Below are positions 11,751-25,278 of a stretch of DNA of 64,000 nucleotides, one piece after another (the first letter of the stretch is position 1; each line of letters starts with the position of its first letter). The position numbers and the translations under genes were made by a program. Under the pieces are notes generated by a model, which did no database searches, was not told the origin of the DNA, and was given only the letters and a program-made list of their open reading frames with translations. This DNA comes from Camelus ferus (taxonomy: Eukaryota). Where the stretch lies: NCBI RefSeq assembly GCF_009834535.1, contig NC_045705.1, positions 55,056,001-55,120,000 on the forward strand, in the 5' to 3' direction.

Positions 11751-12341
11751 NNNNNNNNNNNNNNNACCTGGCTATCAAGAAGGACATTTGGAGGGGCAGT
11801 CCCAGGGTGGGGGAGGTGTGGGCATGGGACATCCCTTGCCTCCTGCCCTCTGGCTTGGGTTCCCTTTCCCTGGCTGGGGCTGACACCAGTTGTGCCCACA
11901 CTGCTGTGGGTAGGGAGGGGTCCTGCAGGCCCAGCGGCTGCTGCCCTGTCCTTTATCTTCCTGGCCACTGGGCTTCATTCCCAGATCTTCTCCTTCCACT
12001 CCACAGTCAAAGGCTATGACAAAACCACTCCCTGGCCAATGGCATCACTCCTCAGGCCTATCCCCAGCTCCTGGGGTGTGCCCCCTGACCAATGGCAGAG
12101 CCTCAAAAGGCCCTGTCAGCCAATGGCAGCTCTTCTTGGGCTCCCCTGGGCCAATGATGTTGCCTCCAATACCCTTTGTCCCTCCTCAATGTGTGCCCAT
12201 TGCAGAGAAGGGGACTGGGACCAAAGGGGTGGGGATATGGGGAGCCCCACTTCTGGCCCTACATCTGAATGGGCCTCCCCTCACCTACCCACCCAGTTTA
12301 ATTGTGCTTAGAGCCCTGGAAGATTGGGACCTAGCACTAGG

Positions 12342-12347
12342 AATAAA
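12342..12347 (+). terminator. ARFIP2 poly(A) signal AATAAA
   Basis: First AATAAA after the ARFIP2 coding region; others at 12711-12716 and 13850-13855 lie in repeats. Confidence 0.7.
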
Positions 12348-12639
12348 CCTTTCATAAAAGCAGGCCCAGTGAGGTCAATTTGTGGGGGACTCTAGGAGGG
12401 TGGTCTGGGTGGAGAAATGCTCAGTCTAATCATCCACCAAAACCCTATCAATTCAGGAGAGCTGGGGCTGGACTGAAGTCACAGGTTTCAGGAACAGTCT
12501 GAGAGCCCATTGTCCTCCCCCAGCCCCAGGAGGAACCATATCTTTTATTTGCCCTTCAGGCTAACACCAAGATAGCAATGGATCTTAAAACACAGGGCCC
12601 AGAGAGGGTTGGGCCCACTGACCTCTATCATCCATTCAT

Positions 12640-13130
12640 TCATACAGCAAATATTTACTGAGTGCTTTTATTTGCCAGACACTGCGCAAGACCCAAGGGA
12701 AACATCGGGGAATAAAACACGGTCCCTGCCCACAGTGCTTATGGCCTAGTGGGGGATAGAGGCAAGTAACCAGGCAACTACAATACAGTGATAAATACTA
12801 GGATACAGAAATACAGAGAGCTATGGGAGCACAGAGGAGGGGCATCTGGCCTAGACTGGGGTGGATAGGGGGATGTCAGCTTGAAAGCTGAGACCCAAAG
12901 GGTGGGTAGATGACAGCCAGGCAAAGAGGCTAACATATGTGAAGGCCCTGGGTAGGAATTGGGAGTAATTCAGTTTCAAATGAAAAATAAGGGGAAGTGG
13001 CTAGAGGATGACTACAGATGTAAGGTAGATCACACTGGGCCTTTTCAGGCTGCTTAAGGACTTTTGCCCTTTCAACAAAGGCGCAGTGAAACCTTATCAC
13101 CAGAAGTGTGATGACCTAGGAGAAGATTAG
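12640..13130 (-). mobile_element. L2 fragment
   Basis: CATTCATTCATACAGCAAATATTTACTGAGTGC antisense L2 tail and following L2 3' region. Confidence 0.55.
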
Positions 13131-13739
13131 GATTAAGGTAAGAAGTCCTTGTGAGGCTTAAAATAGTGTTATACAGACCCAGGTCCTCATGCTGGGTAGT
13201 CTAGTAGCTCTGGCCCCAAATCCCAAAGCAATCATGAACCCTGCCTGAGGCTCATTCACAAGCACCAGAACACCTGGGCTGGGCACTGGACCACAGTGGA
13301 TGAGCGGTCAAGGCAAACCCCTGCTGCACCCTGATGTTGAGCCCAATTCTGAACCTTGTGTGAGGCAAGAAAGCTCCCCTGATAGCGCTTTGATCTAGTC
13401 TGAGCCCAGGTACCATCACCCCTATGTTCCTTGGCCAAGGCGTGCTGTAGAACTTTTCAGCTTTCTCCCCTACCTCTGTGGGGATCTGGAGGAAAGGGAA
13501 ATCCAGTAAGTAGCTTCTCATAGCCCTGAGATCCACGCAGTCTGATTATGCTCTTTTGTCACACATACTGCAGCTCCCAGGCAGGCCTCCTGGGCTTTGG
13601 TCAGCCTTCAGTCACCTGACTGGAGCTTGATTATTGGGTAGGGTGGTCCACATACAAGCCCCTCATCTTATGGGCCACTGGGTCGGGGTGGGGGAGGTTT
13701 CAGCATGAAAGATACCGAGTCTCCAGGTGACTGGAGGCA

Positions 13740-13960
13740 GGAGCTACAAGCAGAGCTCAACCCTGGTTCCAGCACTTTCTAGCTGAGTGATCAGGGTTAA
13801 TGTCTGGGGTGCCAAGGGCTCTCAGTTCTTTCCGTTGCAAAACACGGCTAATAAAAGAAACTACCTATTAAGATTATGAGTATTAAAGAAGATAATATAT
13901 GTAAAGTGATTCGTTTTGTGTCTGGCACATAATAAGCACTCAGTCCCTGTTAACTGTTAT
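13740..13960 (+). mobile_element. MIR SINE
   Basis: MIR core-like ...GATAATATATGTAAAGTG...GTCTGGCACATAATAAGCACTCA. Confidence 0.55.
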
Positions 13961-14169
13961 TGTACTTTTTATTATTTTCCACCGGGGCTGCTTTTCCACA
14001 ATGCAATGATTCTGAGAATTGCTCTGGTCTTTGAAGTGAGGAAGGGAGTCGCTGGATGGTCTGAACCATAATTTCCTCGCGAGGGGGCTCCTTAGGGAGA
14101 GCCAGGCACCTCGAGCCAAGGCAAGACCCCCCAACCTTTCTACCCCGTCAGCCCCTTCTCCCAGAGCTC

Positions 14170-15240
14170 TGGGTACTGCCTTTCCATCTTGGGACCCTTC
14201 CGCCGCCCAGAGAGCCTTGACGAGGCGCAGACGATCCCTGTCTGCCACCGCTCAGGAGAGACCACATTAGCATATTCCTTAGGAGTCCCCTCAAGAAAGC
14301 CTGGAAAGGCACCTCCGGGAGACAGCCGGGACCCGCTCCCAGAGTCCGAAATCCCTGCTACCCAGGGATTTTCTTGACCAAGCCTCAGCCCAGTCCCTGA
14401 TACCTACTACGCTGCCCTTCCCTGGAGCCGTTGGGAGCCAGAGGCAGTGGGCAGGGGTCGGGGATCGAGGATCCGGGATCCAGGATCCTGCTCACGGGTC
14501 TCCCCAGCGCGACCGCAGAGGCAGCTCCCGCAGGAGCCTCGGGGGACTGGGGGAGCGGGGCGGGTTGAGGGTAGGAGCGGGCGGGGCCTCCGCGGCGGCG
14601 GGCGGGGCGTGGGTGGGTCTTCGGTCTCCGAGCCGCCCCCTCCCGAGGCTGGTCCGCAGCCCCGCCCCGGCCCCTCCCTCCGGCCTGTGCGGCGGGTCCG
14701 GCGGCGGCGCCGGCGCGGGGACAGGCGGAGGCGCGGGACGTGGGGCGGCGCCGCGGGCAGGGCTGGGCGGACGGGCGCTGGCAGCAGGGGCAACGCCGCG
14801 GGCCCCTCGGAGTGGCCGCAGTCAGGGCCTTGGCCCTCCATCCTGCCTCGCCGCGGTGAGTGCGACGGGCGGCCCCCAGGGGTGCGTTTGTATCCCTGTC
14901 TGCCTCGGTCTCGGTCTGGGTCCGAGCAGCGGTGTGTCTGTCCGAGTGTCTGTGGGTGGGGGCACAGATGCTTTTCAAGAGCTGTGCCTGTCTCTGTCCA
15001 CGTGAGGCGTGTCCCTGTCCGTGAGAGCAGTGGGGGGATTCTTCGGGCTGTGGCTGCTCACGTGAGGTCCATGTTTGAGGGGGGAGGCGCGGGTGGATGG
15101 GTGACGGTTCCTTGGAGGAGCGCGGGGTTTGGGAGCTTGTGTTTGTTGGAGGAGGGTGTCGAACGCTGCGGCCGAGGATGGTGGGGGGTGGGGGCGCGGG
15201 TGGGGTCGCTGAGTGAGACTCTGGAATCTTGTGGCCCAGC
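14170..15240. promoter_or_regulatory. TRIM3 CpG-island promoter
   Basis: Very high GC and CpG content, several GC boxes (CCCCGCCCC at about 14661, GGGCGG repeats), G-rich tracts. Confidence 0.85.
14700..14855 (+). other. TRIM3: TRIM3 non-coding exon 1 (5' end approximate)
   Basis: Strong donor CGCG/GTGAGT at 14855/14856 inside the CpG island, upstream of the ATG exon. Confidence 0.65.
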
Positions 15241-17145
15241 TTGTCTGAAGGGTTCCTTTCTCCCTGGTGCAGACACTTTCACCCCTTGCTACCCGCTCCA
15301 TTCTCCTCAGGCATCTAGAGGCCCGCCGGCTGGGATAGAGGACACCTTTTCCTCCTCTAGCACTGCCCCCTGGACAGGAAGCCTCATCCGGAGGCTGTTT
15401 CTTGTAGGAAAGGACCCTTCTGTTTCCCCTGCAGCCTGGGCCCCGCCTGGAGGACCCCGGGCTCCTCCCTGGTTCTGGCCTCCTCCCTTCTGGACTTGGC
15501 TTCAGATCATGGGCTGCAAACCTGCAGGGACAGATGGTTGCAGGCTGGAGGGGCAGGCTGCACCCCAGGGAAGTCAATCCACTGAAGTCGGGCCCTGGGC
15601 TTGTTCCTGGTGTGGGGGTCTCTGATGTGGAATTCATAAAGCCAGGACTGGCCCCAGTGAGGATGAGAGCTGGGAGGTTGGAGCAGGTGCAGAGGTCTTT
15701 TTCACAGGTTTCTCCCTACCTGTCTGTCCAGCTCATCAGTGCCCATTCATCCCCTAAGCAGCGCTCTGGTTTGCTGCAGAATTGGAATCAGCTGCAGGCC
15801 TGACAGGTGCCCTGCCTCTTTTGGCTTGCATGCCTCCAGTGACAGAGCACTTACTACCTTATGCTATGGGAGAGCTTCTTTAAGTAAAGGTTTTGTTCCT
15901 TGGAACTTTGTTCACTTGTCTTGTTATTGCCTTTGCTTTTGCCTCTCTGTCTGGTGAGAGGGAACTGCAGTGATTTAAACATGGCTCTGCTGTCACCAAT
16001 ATATACGGAGCACCCTCTGTGTGCCAGGTGCTGCCTCAGCCACTTAGGGCACAATGACATTCTTGCTGAGAGAAGAGCTTGAGCAAAGGCCCATGGTTGG
16101 TATAGTACAGCCTGTGTTCAGAAAAACAGCAAAACCATATGGCTAGGGTGGAGGGTGCCCCGAGGGAGTGTCATGGGTGCCCTAAACTCAGCAAATATTT
16201 ATTTCAGAAGGGAGGTGGGGGCAAGTACAACCACTCTCTAGCACACCTAGCCTTCCTGGGGAAACCAGTAATCACATACTCAAGGTGGTACTGGATTGGA
16301 TGTAATCAGGGGCACATATTACAATCTGTAGGGACCTTTGGCTGGAAAGAGAACCTTGGGAATCTCAGATCTGGGGAAGAAAAAGACACCCTCCCCCCAA
16401 TTTACAAGTAAAGGATTGGAGTAGGAACTTGTCCAGAGTCTTACCTTGCATTAGTGAAATTAGAGTCAGGACTAGCTCCTAGATCTCCAGACCTTTTAAC
16501 TTAGACACATTTTAGGGGCAGAATCAAGGATATAGTCATAGCTTATACCTGAAAGATGAAAGAAGGAGGAATTGAGAAGACTCCCAGGATTCTGGCTGGT
16601 GTAGGCTAGGTGGATGGTGGTGCCTTTTACTGAGATGAGAGATGCAACAGGAAGACGAGGTTAGGGGGAAGTGAATTCAGTTTTAGACTAGTCTGTGTGC
16701 ATAATCCATGTACGGATATCTAAGGTACAGTTGAATATATAGGGGTTCAAGGAAGTTTTCTGCACAGGAGATAAGGCTTTGGGAGTCATTAGCAAGTGCA
16801 TGGTAACTGAAACCATGGGAGATGGTGAGATTTCCCAGGCAGAGTATAAAAGTTGAGGGGAGAAGAGGCCCTGGAACAAAGCCCTGAGGAACTAGACATA
16901 TAAGGAATGGACAGTGAAGGAACAGCCGGAGAGGCGAATGGAGAACTCACATCGAGTGGGTCGTGATAGCATCAAGTACAGCCTCTGCCCTTTTGAGTCT
17001 TGCTCCTTGCCCAGCTGGTCCGTGTTTCTTACTTTTTCATGCTTCTGTTCCTTTACTCACTGTTTTCCCGATCAAACTCCTATCAAACTCCTATGTTTCC
17101 CCCAAGAGCCAGCTCATATATTCATATATCCCTTCCTCTGAAAGC

Positions 17146-17260
17146 CTTCTTCTTCTTCTTCTTCTCCTTCTTTTTTTTTTTTTTTTTTTTAATGGAGGTA
17201 CTGGGGATTGAACCTAGGACCTCCTGCATGCTAAGCATGTGCTCTGCCACTGAGCACACC
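17146..17260 (-). mobile_element. tRNA-derived SINE (Vic-1-like) with poly(A)/(GAA)n tail
   Basis: T-run followed by AATGGAGGTACTGGGGATTGAACCTAGGACCTCCTGCATGCTAAGCATGTGCTCTGCCACTGAGC, the reverse complement of the element at 537. Confidence 0.85.
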
Positions 17261-20200
17261 TTCTTTATTCTCCTCCACCACCTTCAGAGTTAGGTACTTC
17301 CTCCTCTTTGCTGCCAGAGGTTGATATCATGACATTTATGACGTTGCAGTTAGATATTTCCATGTCTGTTTCCCACACTGATCTGAGAACTTGTGAAGGA
17401 CAGGGAGTGTGTCTGTCTCAACTTGTGTCTCCAGTAACCACTTTAAGGGCCTTGTCCAGAGTGCCCAGGGAAGTTTGATTGTTTGATAGGTTGATCAGCT
17501 GATTAAATGTTTCATTCACCTACTCAGTCTGGCAGTAGGGGCCGGGGGGTGATGGTAGCTGCAGATTTCATCACTTTCCTTCCCTGCCAATCTTACTGAA
17601 AGGATTCCTTGGCTTTGAGGACTTTACCTCCTCCAAGGCTTCATCTGTTTCAGAGAAACCCCAAGACTATAACCTGCAGTCATTTGTCATTTTGCTGAGG
17701 TCTCAAACAATCAAATGCATTGGGAGGCTAGTGAACAGGAGTGAGTCATTTTCAGAAGCAAGTGAACCTAACTGGCCTCTTGCATCCACTTTTTAACAAT
17801 GTCTTGGTCACCTAGCTCTACAACTGTGTAAATCATGTGTCCTGGGACTCTCATGAGGTGGCAGGAGAAAGTCATGGAGGATATTAGGTGCTGTTTGAAA
17901 ATTTGGGGAAACTGAAAAGCCTTGAAACACATCCTTTGCAGATGTCAAAGAGCCAGTGGAATCAGTGCAGGCTGTCCTCATTTGTTCATCAACTTCCTCT
18001 TCAGCCCCCTAGATCTGGCTTCCTCTCCTCCAGCCCTTGGAAACCACACTCCCTTAAGTTAATAACAGCTTCTTTGGAGATTTAGAGCATGGAAACTCTT
18101 TGCATAATTTCACAATGAAGATTGTTCTCTTATCTATGAAGCTCTCTTCTCCTTTGGCTTTTATGGTATCTCTCTTCTGATTCTCCTGCCTCTCTGGCCA
18201 CACCTTTTCAGTTTCTTCGCAGGCTTTGCTTCCTAGGCCTGTCTCTTAAATGTTGAGGTTCCTGTAAACAGTCAGAGGCTCTCCTTTCTTACTGTATACC
18301 CTTTCTGGGTGATGTCATCCACATCCATGGCTTCAGGCACCACCTCTACACCAACAGCTCCTAAATCCATGTCTTCAGGCTAGACCTCTTTCCTTGGCTC
18401 CAGCCTATCTTTCCAACTGCCAGTTGGACCTCTCCACTCCAATGTCCCATAGACACTTTGGATTCCCCTTACTAAACACTGAACATATCCCCCTGCCCAT
18501 CTTTCAGAATTTTCAAGCCAAAAAACTAGGAATCATCTGTCATTCTTTCTTCTTCCCTGCTCTTCACTTCTGACCAACCAGTCACCAAGTTCTGTTGATT
18601 CCTCCCTATGAAATCTGCTTCTCTCCTTTGCTACTCCCCTAATGAAGTCTGCACCATCTCTCCTCTCAAATATCATGGCAGTCTCTTAACTCTCTAATGG
18701 TGACCCCTCTCAGCTATTCTCCACACTGCAGTCAAAAGTTTATTCTTGTCTGTCTATCACTCTATTCTTTAACCCTCTCCCTCTCTCCCCCCACATCGAG
18801 GTTTCCTTTGCTCTTTGGGTAAACCCTTAATCCCCTAGCAGGGAAGGGCAAGGTCCTAAACTCCTTAAAAAGGCCCACAAAGTGTTGTGCAAGCTAGCTC
18901 CCACCCACTGCTCCGTCTCCTTTCTTAGCCCTCCCCTGTTGCAGGGTTTGATTCAGCCTCCTGATGCAGAAGGCACCGTGCTGTCTGGAACTCTTACCCA
19001 TCCTGGAGCTCTCGGCTTGAATGGCCTTTCCTCTGGAGAGCTCCCTTGACCTCCCACCTCCAGTACCCTCTTCCCCCACCCCAGATCTTGGTTAGGTGAC
19101 TCTGTGCTCCTGGAGCAATCTCTGTTTCCCCATCAGAGGTCTCACCGTGTGGCACTGCTGTAATCTATTTGTTAGCTTGTGGAATCCATGAAGGCTGAAC
19201 TGCAATTATTTGTCTTTGTATCCCCAGGCCCAGCAAAGGTGTTGAATGAATGCTGAATGAGGAAATGAGGTGTCTTTAGACCTTCATTTAAAAGATGGAT
19301 GGGATAAGGGATGCAGGGGTGCCAGTGGGCAGCCTGAGGAAGGACAGTGAAATCTCAGCTCTGAGTTGAAGATCTTCCAAGTGTCTGCTGTGATAAACAG
19401 TCCAGTTAAACCAAGGCCTATAGGACCTCTAAGGAACAGTGGGATGGGAGAAGTGGGAGTCGAAGCCCAGGAGAGGAAGGGAATCTTAGTAAGTTAGGCC
19501 GGGGTATGACCTCAGCGGCTACATGCCCAGCACGTCTGGGTGGGGAACTGAAGCAGGAAGGGGAAGGGAGGGAGGAGCTGTCCCTGCTTGGATGTAGCCC
19601 AATCCCCGCCCCTGGGTAACAGGCTGGGAGAGCCCCTTGGGCTTGGAGAGAGGCGGAGCCTGCCATCCAGCTGCCCCAGCAGGGCCCAGTAGACCACTCC
19701 TACTCTTCCTCCCAGCCCTCCCCTTCACCAAACAGAAGCTTCAGCTTGGCTCTGGCCTTCTGTTCCTTTCACCAACCCTCAATCTGTCCTCCTGCTGTGT
19801 TGCTGTCCTCCTATGAAGTCTCCAGACTCAGAACCCATCACATCTGGAGAAAGAACCTCAGAATCTCAGTGCCCACATCATGAGAGGATATGCCCAGAGA
19901 TGCCCTTCCTACCCTACCCATGTCCACCCTCACATAAACATTAAGGCACATGCAGCCCAGCCCCTCTCCCGCCCCACCCCAAACCTGGAGAGGACTCTGG
20001 GCTGGCCCCACTGTGTCCATTCATTCATTCATCCTTCATTCATGCATTGTCTTTAGAGAGGCCCATGGTGTGTCTAGCTGGGTACAGATAGTGCTGACCT
20101 GCTCCCACTGACTGCCTGTTTTGAAGTAATCTGACTGTCTTTCTGCCTCCCTTCATGGCCAGATTTCTCTCCTGAATTGTCTGTATCTGCTGTGTTAATT

Positions 20201-22701
20201 TCTTCATCTCCATTCATCCTTCCATCACTCTAACCTGGCTTCTGTCCCTCCCACTCCACTACAGCCAAATCTGGGGGACACTCTCCAGTCTTCACCTTAA
20301 TTCACTGCTCCTTCTTTCTTGAATCACTCTCTTCCCCTGGTTCCCTTGATCCCACGCTCTCAGTCTCCCTCTCATCCCTCTGGGTTCTCCTTCACTCTTC
20401 ACTCTCTGGCCTTCAGCCGTCTCATCCATCCTCATTGCCTTCAGTGTCATTATTATGCCAGTGCTTCTGAATCAATAACCAGCCCAGACCTGTCTCTTGA
20501 GCTCCTGTATTCTGTTCCTTACTTGACATCTCTACCTGGGTATCACACAGGCACCTCAGACATAGCATGGCTAAAATGGAATGGCCCAAAGCAGCTGCTC
20601 AGCTTCCACTGTCTCTGGGTACAGCCCACCACCTGCTCAAGGGGGAAACCTGGGAGTCCTTACTGCCGTTCCTTTCCCCTCTCACATCCAGTCCATCGTG
20701 ATGTCCTTTTGACTCAGCCTCATGAGTATTTCTCAAATCAGTCTACCGTTTTGCTTTTGGCTCTGCCAATACCCAACATCATCCTACCTGAAGAACTGGG
20801 GTAGCCTCCCCAGTGGCCTCCCTGCTTCATCCCTAACTCCTCTTCAATCCTCATAGTTGCCGGAGTAGCTTTTTATTTTTATTTTTTGTGAATTGTATCA
20901 TTTCCCTCCCAATTGGGTATAAAACCCAGATTCTTAACATCAAGATCCTTTGTGATCTCATTCCACCCTGCCTGTCCAAACTCCCCTCTGGCCTTTTATT
21001 CCCTTCGCTCTAACCATATGGTCCTTACAGGTTCTCAGTGAGCCTTCTGCCTAAGAACCTTCCTTCATCCTCTTCCTTCAGCCAGCAATGATTTCCCTCC
21101 CTCACTCCCTGATGCCCCCACTCTCATCCCTACCATTTTCCTTCTGTTCCTCAAAGTGCTGCCTAAAAGTTTCCTGCTTGGAAAGACCTTCCCCAATCAC
21201 TCAATCAAAAAAGCATTCTTTCTCATAGCATCTTTTTCTTCTATATAGCACTGTCCTCCCCCAATTTGTACGTAGGTATTTATTTGTTTATTTACTTTAA
21301 AAATTTCTGCCACCACCTCCCCACCACAAGAACAGTGACCATATCTGTTGTTTCTAACTGTATCCGCAGTGCCTGTACAAAGCAGGCACTTAATAAGTAC
21401 TTGTTGAATTACTGAATTTAATTCAATAACTGTAAGCGAGTTCTTATGTCAGGCTCTGAGCTAAGTGCTAGGAATGAAAAAATAAAATATAATGCCCACC
21501 CTCAAGAACTCTGCATACAGTGGAGGAAGTAAAGAAATAATAATAAGATTATAGTATAGTGTATAAGGGTTTGGTATGGAGGAAATACAGGGTGCAGAAT
21601 GATACAGAGGTGGAGCACCTAAGCCAGATGTCAGGAAATCAAGGAAGGCCTTCTGGAGGAAGTGACATTTACCTGCAGACCTGAAAGATAAGTGGAAGTC
21701 AACCAGACAAAGTGGGAGGGAGGTCTGGAAGAGGATCTCAGGCAGAGGGAACAGAATGTGTGATGGCCCAGAAACAAAAGAGAACAAGGAGTTTTCCAGG
21801 AACTGACAAGAAACCAGTGTGACTGCTCACGGAATCATGAAACATGAGGTTTTAGAGGGAGATATGGGCCAGACAAAGCTAAGCCTTGTTGACCAATTTA
21901 AGGAGTTTGGACTTTGTCCTCTGGACAATGGAGGACATTGAAAGAATTTAAATAGGGAGTTAGTGACAAGATGGAATCTGTGTTTTAGAAGCCTCATTCT
22001 CACCACGAGAGGGATGGCACAGGCGAGGAGACAAGGGCACCAGTTAGGAGGCTGTTGCTGTGTCGCTGGAGGGAGTTGGTGACAACTTGAACTGGGAGTG
22101 ATATCTGTGCGGTTGGAGAAAAGGGGATAAGATATTTGGGAGGCAGAACCCACAAGTCCTGGATGCTGAATGGGTGTGGAAAAGAAGGGGACCCCAGGCA
22201 GTGTGCTGTGAGGTGGGTAAGAGCACGGGCAGAAGGGCTGCGGGTAGTCAGAGGAGACACACTCCGTCAGGAAGGTCTCCTGCGGGGGTCTGAGGGGATG
22301 GCGAGGAGGCGAAGGGTGGGTGTGCCAGTGAAAGTGGGCACCCCGGTGCCGTGCGCTCGACACGCACTGTTGCAGGTTCTCAAAACAACCATCTGAGGTG
22401 AGGATTACTTTTCCCATAACTGCAGATTAGGAGATTGAGGCTCAGAGAAGGTATATGAATTATCCAAGGTCCCACAGCTGGGAAGAGGCTGAGCTAGGTT
22501 TGAAATCCAATCTAACCCTGTGCTTTTATCCAGAGCTGTATCCTTGGAGTGGGAGTGGGGCACTCAGCCCACCTGCCTCACCCTGCTCCTTCCCTGACGG
22601 GAGAAACGAGGCTAGCGCTCTGCCGGGGTTTTGAGTGGTGGGGATCAGGTGGAGAGAGGGAGCACTGGCTTCCCTGGAGCTGACCATCTCTCCATACACA
22701 G

Positions 22702-22866
22702 GCCAGTGTGAATGGCAGGAGCATCCGTGGGCACCATGGCGAAGAGGGAGGACAGTCCTGGTCCAGAGGTCCAGCCGATGGACAAGCAGTTCCTGGTGTG
22801 CAGCATCTGCCTGGATCGATACCGGTGCCCCAAGGTCCTGCCTTGCCTGCACACCTTCTGTGAGAG
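22702..22866 (+). CDS. TRIM3: TRIM3 exon 2 (ATG 22736; RING N-terminal half)
   Basis: CACAG/GCC; Kozak GCACCATGG; [44 protein letters not shown]; donor GTGAGG. Confidence 0.95.
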
Positions 22867-25247
22867 GTGAGGGCATGTGTACCAGGTAGGGATGAGGGCC
22901 TTGCAGGCCCCCTGGAGAAGGGAGTGATGTGTGTAAACCTGTAAGAGGTGAGGGAACTGTGTGCACACGTGGAAGGGAGCAGATGAACCCCAACCTGCAG
23001 AAGGCGAGTTTTTGATGCAAGAGCCTGTGAGAGGACCAGAGGTTCCTAACACTGGGCCGTGCTCCCTGCCCAGAACAGGGCCATCTCTGCCTCTTCCCCA
23101 TCCACAAGGCAGCCTTCAACCCCACCAGAGAAATCAGACAGAGCTGAGACCCTCAACCAGCTTTGGCACCAGAAGTCTGGGACCAGTGGGAGGATGTTCG
23201 AAGCTAGGTCTGTCCCCCAGGCTTCATTGTCATCCTGAGCACTGAGTGAAAGGCAAGAAGCCTCTGGGCTTCTATCTGTTATTCACTCATTCAACAAATA
23301 TTTATTTATCAAGCAACTATGATGTGTCAGACCTGTCCCAGGTACTGGGCAGGCAGTGGTAAGCAAAACTAGATATGATCCTTGCTCTTAAAGAACTTAC
23401 AGTAGAGTGAAGCAGAAAGATAGTCATCAAATCGTCATACAGCCAGACTACAGATAACTGTCCTATTGCACCCTTAATGAGTGCTGCAGAGAAAGTGATA
23501 AGCAGTGAGAGCTTAGGTGGGATCTGTTATAGGTTAGAGAACTGGGAAGGCTTCCCTGAGGTGCAATCCAGAGGCTGGCTGGGGGTTAACTAAATGAAGG
23601 GAGTAGTAGGAGCCTTCCAGGCAGAAGGCAGAACATAGGGAAGGGCCATGTGGTGTGAGGGACTGTGTTGGTCAGCGGTCCTGGAGGGAGCCCGACGAGG
23701 CTGGAGGGGAGCAAGCGTGGTGGAGTGTGGTGTGGGATGGAGCTGGAGAGCTGGGTGGAGGAGGCCAGACTGCGAGGGGCTTTGCAGACCTGTCGGGGCA
23801 TTTGGCTCTTCCCCTGAGAGCCATGTGAAGCCTTTGCAGGGTTTTATGCATAATCACTTCTGTATTTTGACAGTATTCTCTCTCCAGCCCTCATCCCTCA
23901 TTGCTGTCTAGAGGGTCCTGGTCCCTGGGTCTCTTCACTATCGCCTCCTCCCACGCCCTCCTCCCTTCACAGAGTGGGCTCGGCTGCCCTTCCAGCCCTG
24001 CTCTCTCAGATTCCAGCCATACTGTTCTCTCCTCTTCATCTGGAAACAGTCTCAGCCTTCCTTCCTATTCCAAGTTCTTTCATCAGCCTGGTGACTTCAC
24101 TACCCACTTATGCCTCTCAGTTCTTGACTGTTTCTCCAGGGACGTCCTCTGTGCCACCTGTCAGACTCTCTACCAGTGACAGTGTGGATCTTGCCATCAC
24201 CCAGAATAACACCACTTCTTCGATGGTTATAGACTCCAGTATCCCACTCCTGGCCCTCCTTGCCCCACTCTCACTACACCAGCTTTGGCTGGATGTAGAC
24301 GTCCAGCACCCTCGACTGCTCCCTCTTCTCCCAGCCACCAGCTCCCTCCTGGCCTCCCTTTCTTTCCTACCCATCCCTGATCCTATGGCGGACCACAAGC
24401 CACCACAATTCCTGCACACCTTTGTCCTTTTCTAAACCCACGCAGCAGAAGCTTGATCCTGGATCAGAGCAGTAATTGGACGTCTCTGCACCTTTTCCTA
24501 CACTCAGATCACTGAGCACTCCTGGAGAAAATCAGTGCCTGAGAAATTACAATGATAGCTACCATGTATTGATTGCTTACTATTTGCCAGGGACTGGCTA
24601 AGTGATTTACACGTATTGATTTACTTAATCCTCACAACAGATACTTTATTATCCCCGTTTTAGAAAGGAGGAAATTAGGGTTCAGAGTCGTTAAGTAATT
24701 AAGAGATATTTCTAAGGCTCCCTAGCAAGTAAATAGTCAAGGTTTGAATACGGGTTTGACTGCAGAGCCTTCTCTCTTAACTATTCATTCATTTATCCCT
24801 TGGTCCCTGCTCTCAAAGACTTATGCTCCAGTGGGCAGTGATGAACAGTAGGCAAGCTAATAACCAAGCAGGAGAGTCACAGCTTGGGCTAAGTGTTTTG
24901 CAGGAAATAAACGGAGTAAGTGGGGGTCGTTGGGCCAGGGGCTAGTCTACGTAGAGTCATCAGGGAAGGCTTCCCCAAGGAGGTGACGTTTGACCTGAGG
25001 ATGAGAAGGAAACAGGTGTACAGATTGTTCTAGGCAATGGGAACATCTTTGAACTGTTCCATGCAAAGGCCTTGAAGAAGTAGTAGGCAGGGCATGTTCA
25101 GAGACCAGAAGAGAAGCCAGCGTGACTGGGTGGGGAGGAAAGTGGGATGACGTGAGGTCCAAAAGAGTCAGAACCATTCATGAGGGAGTTTGGGGATTTG
25201 AGGAAAAGTGTTTGGATTTTTTTTCCTAAATGCAGTGGGAAACCACT

Positions 25248-25278
<31 letters not shown>

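Noticed and set aside
9565-12311. Long ORFs spanning X runs
   Set aside because: Extended artificially through N gaps and introns.
14385-15637. Long ORFs (up to 392 aa) on both strands over the TRIM3 promoter
   Set aside because: Low-complexity Gly/Arg/Pro/Ala translations expected from stop-poor CpG-island DNA; no recognisable domain.
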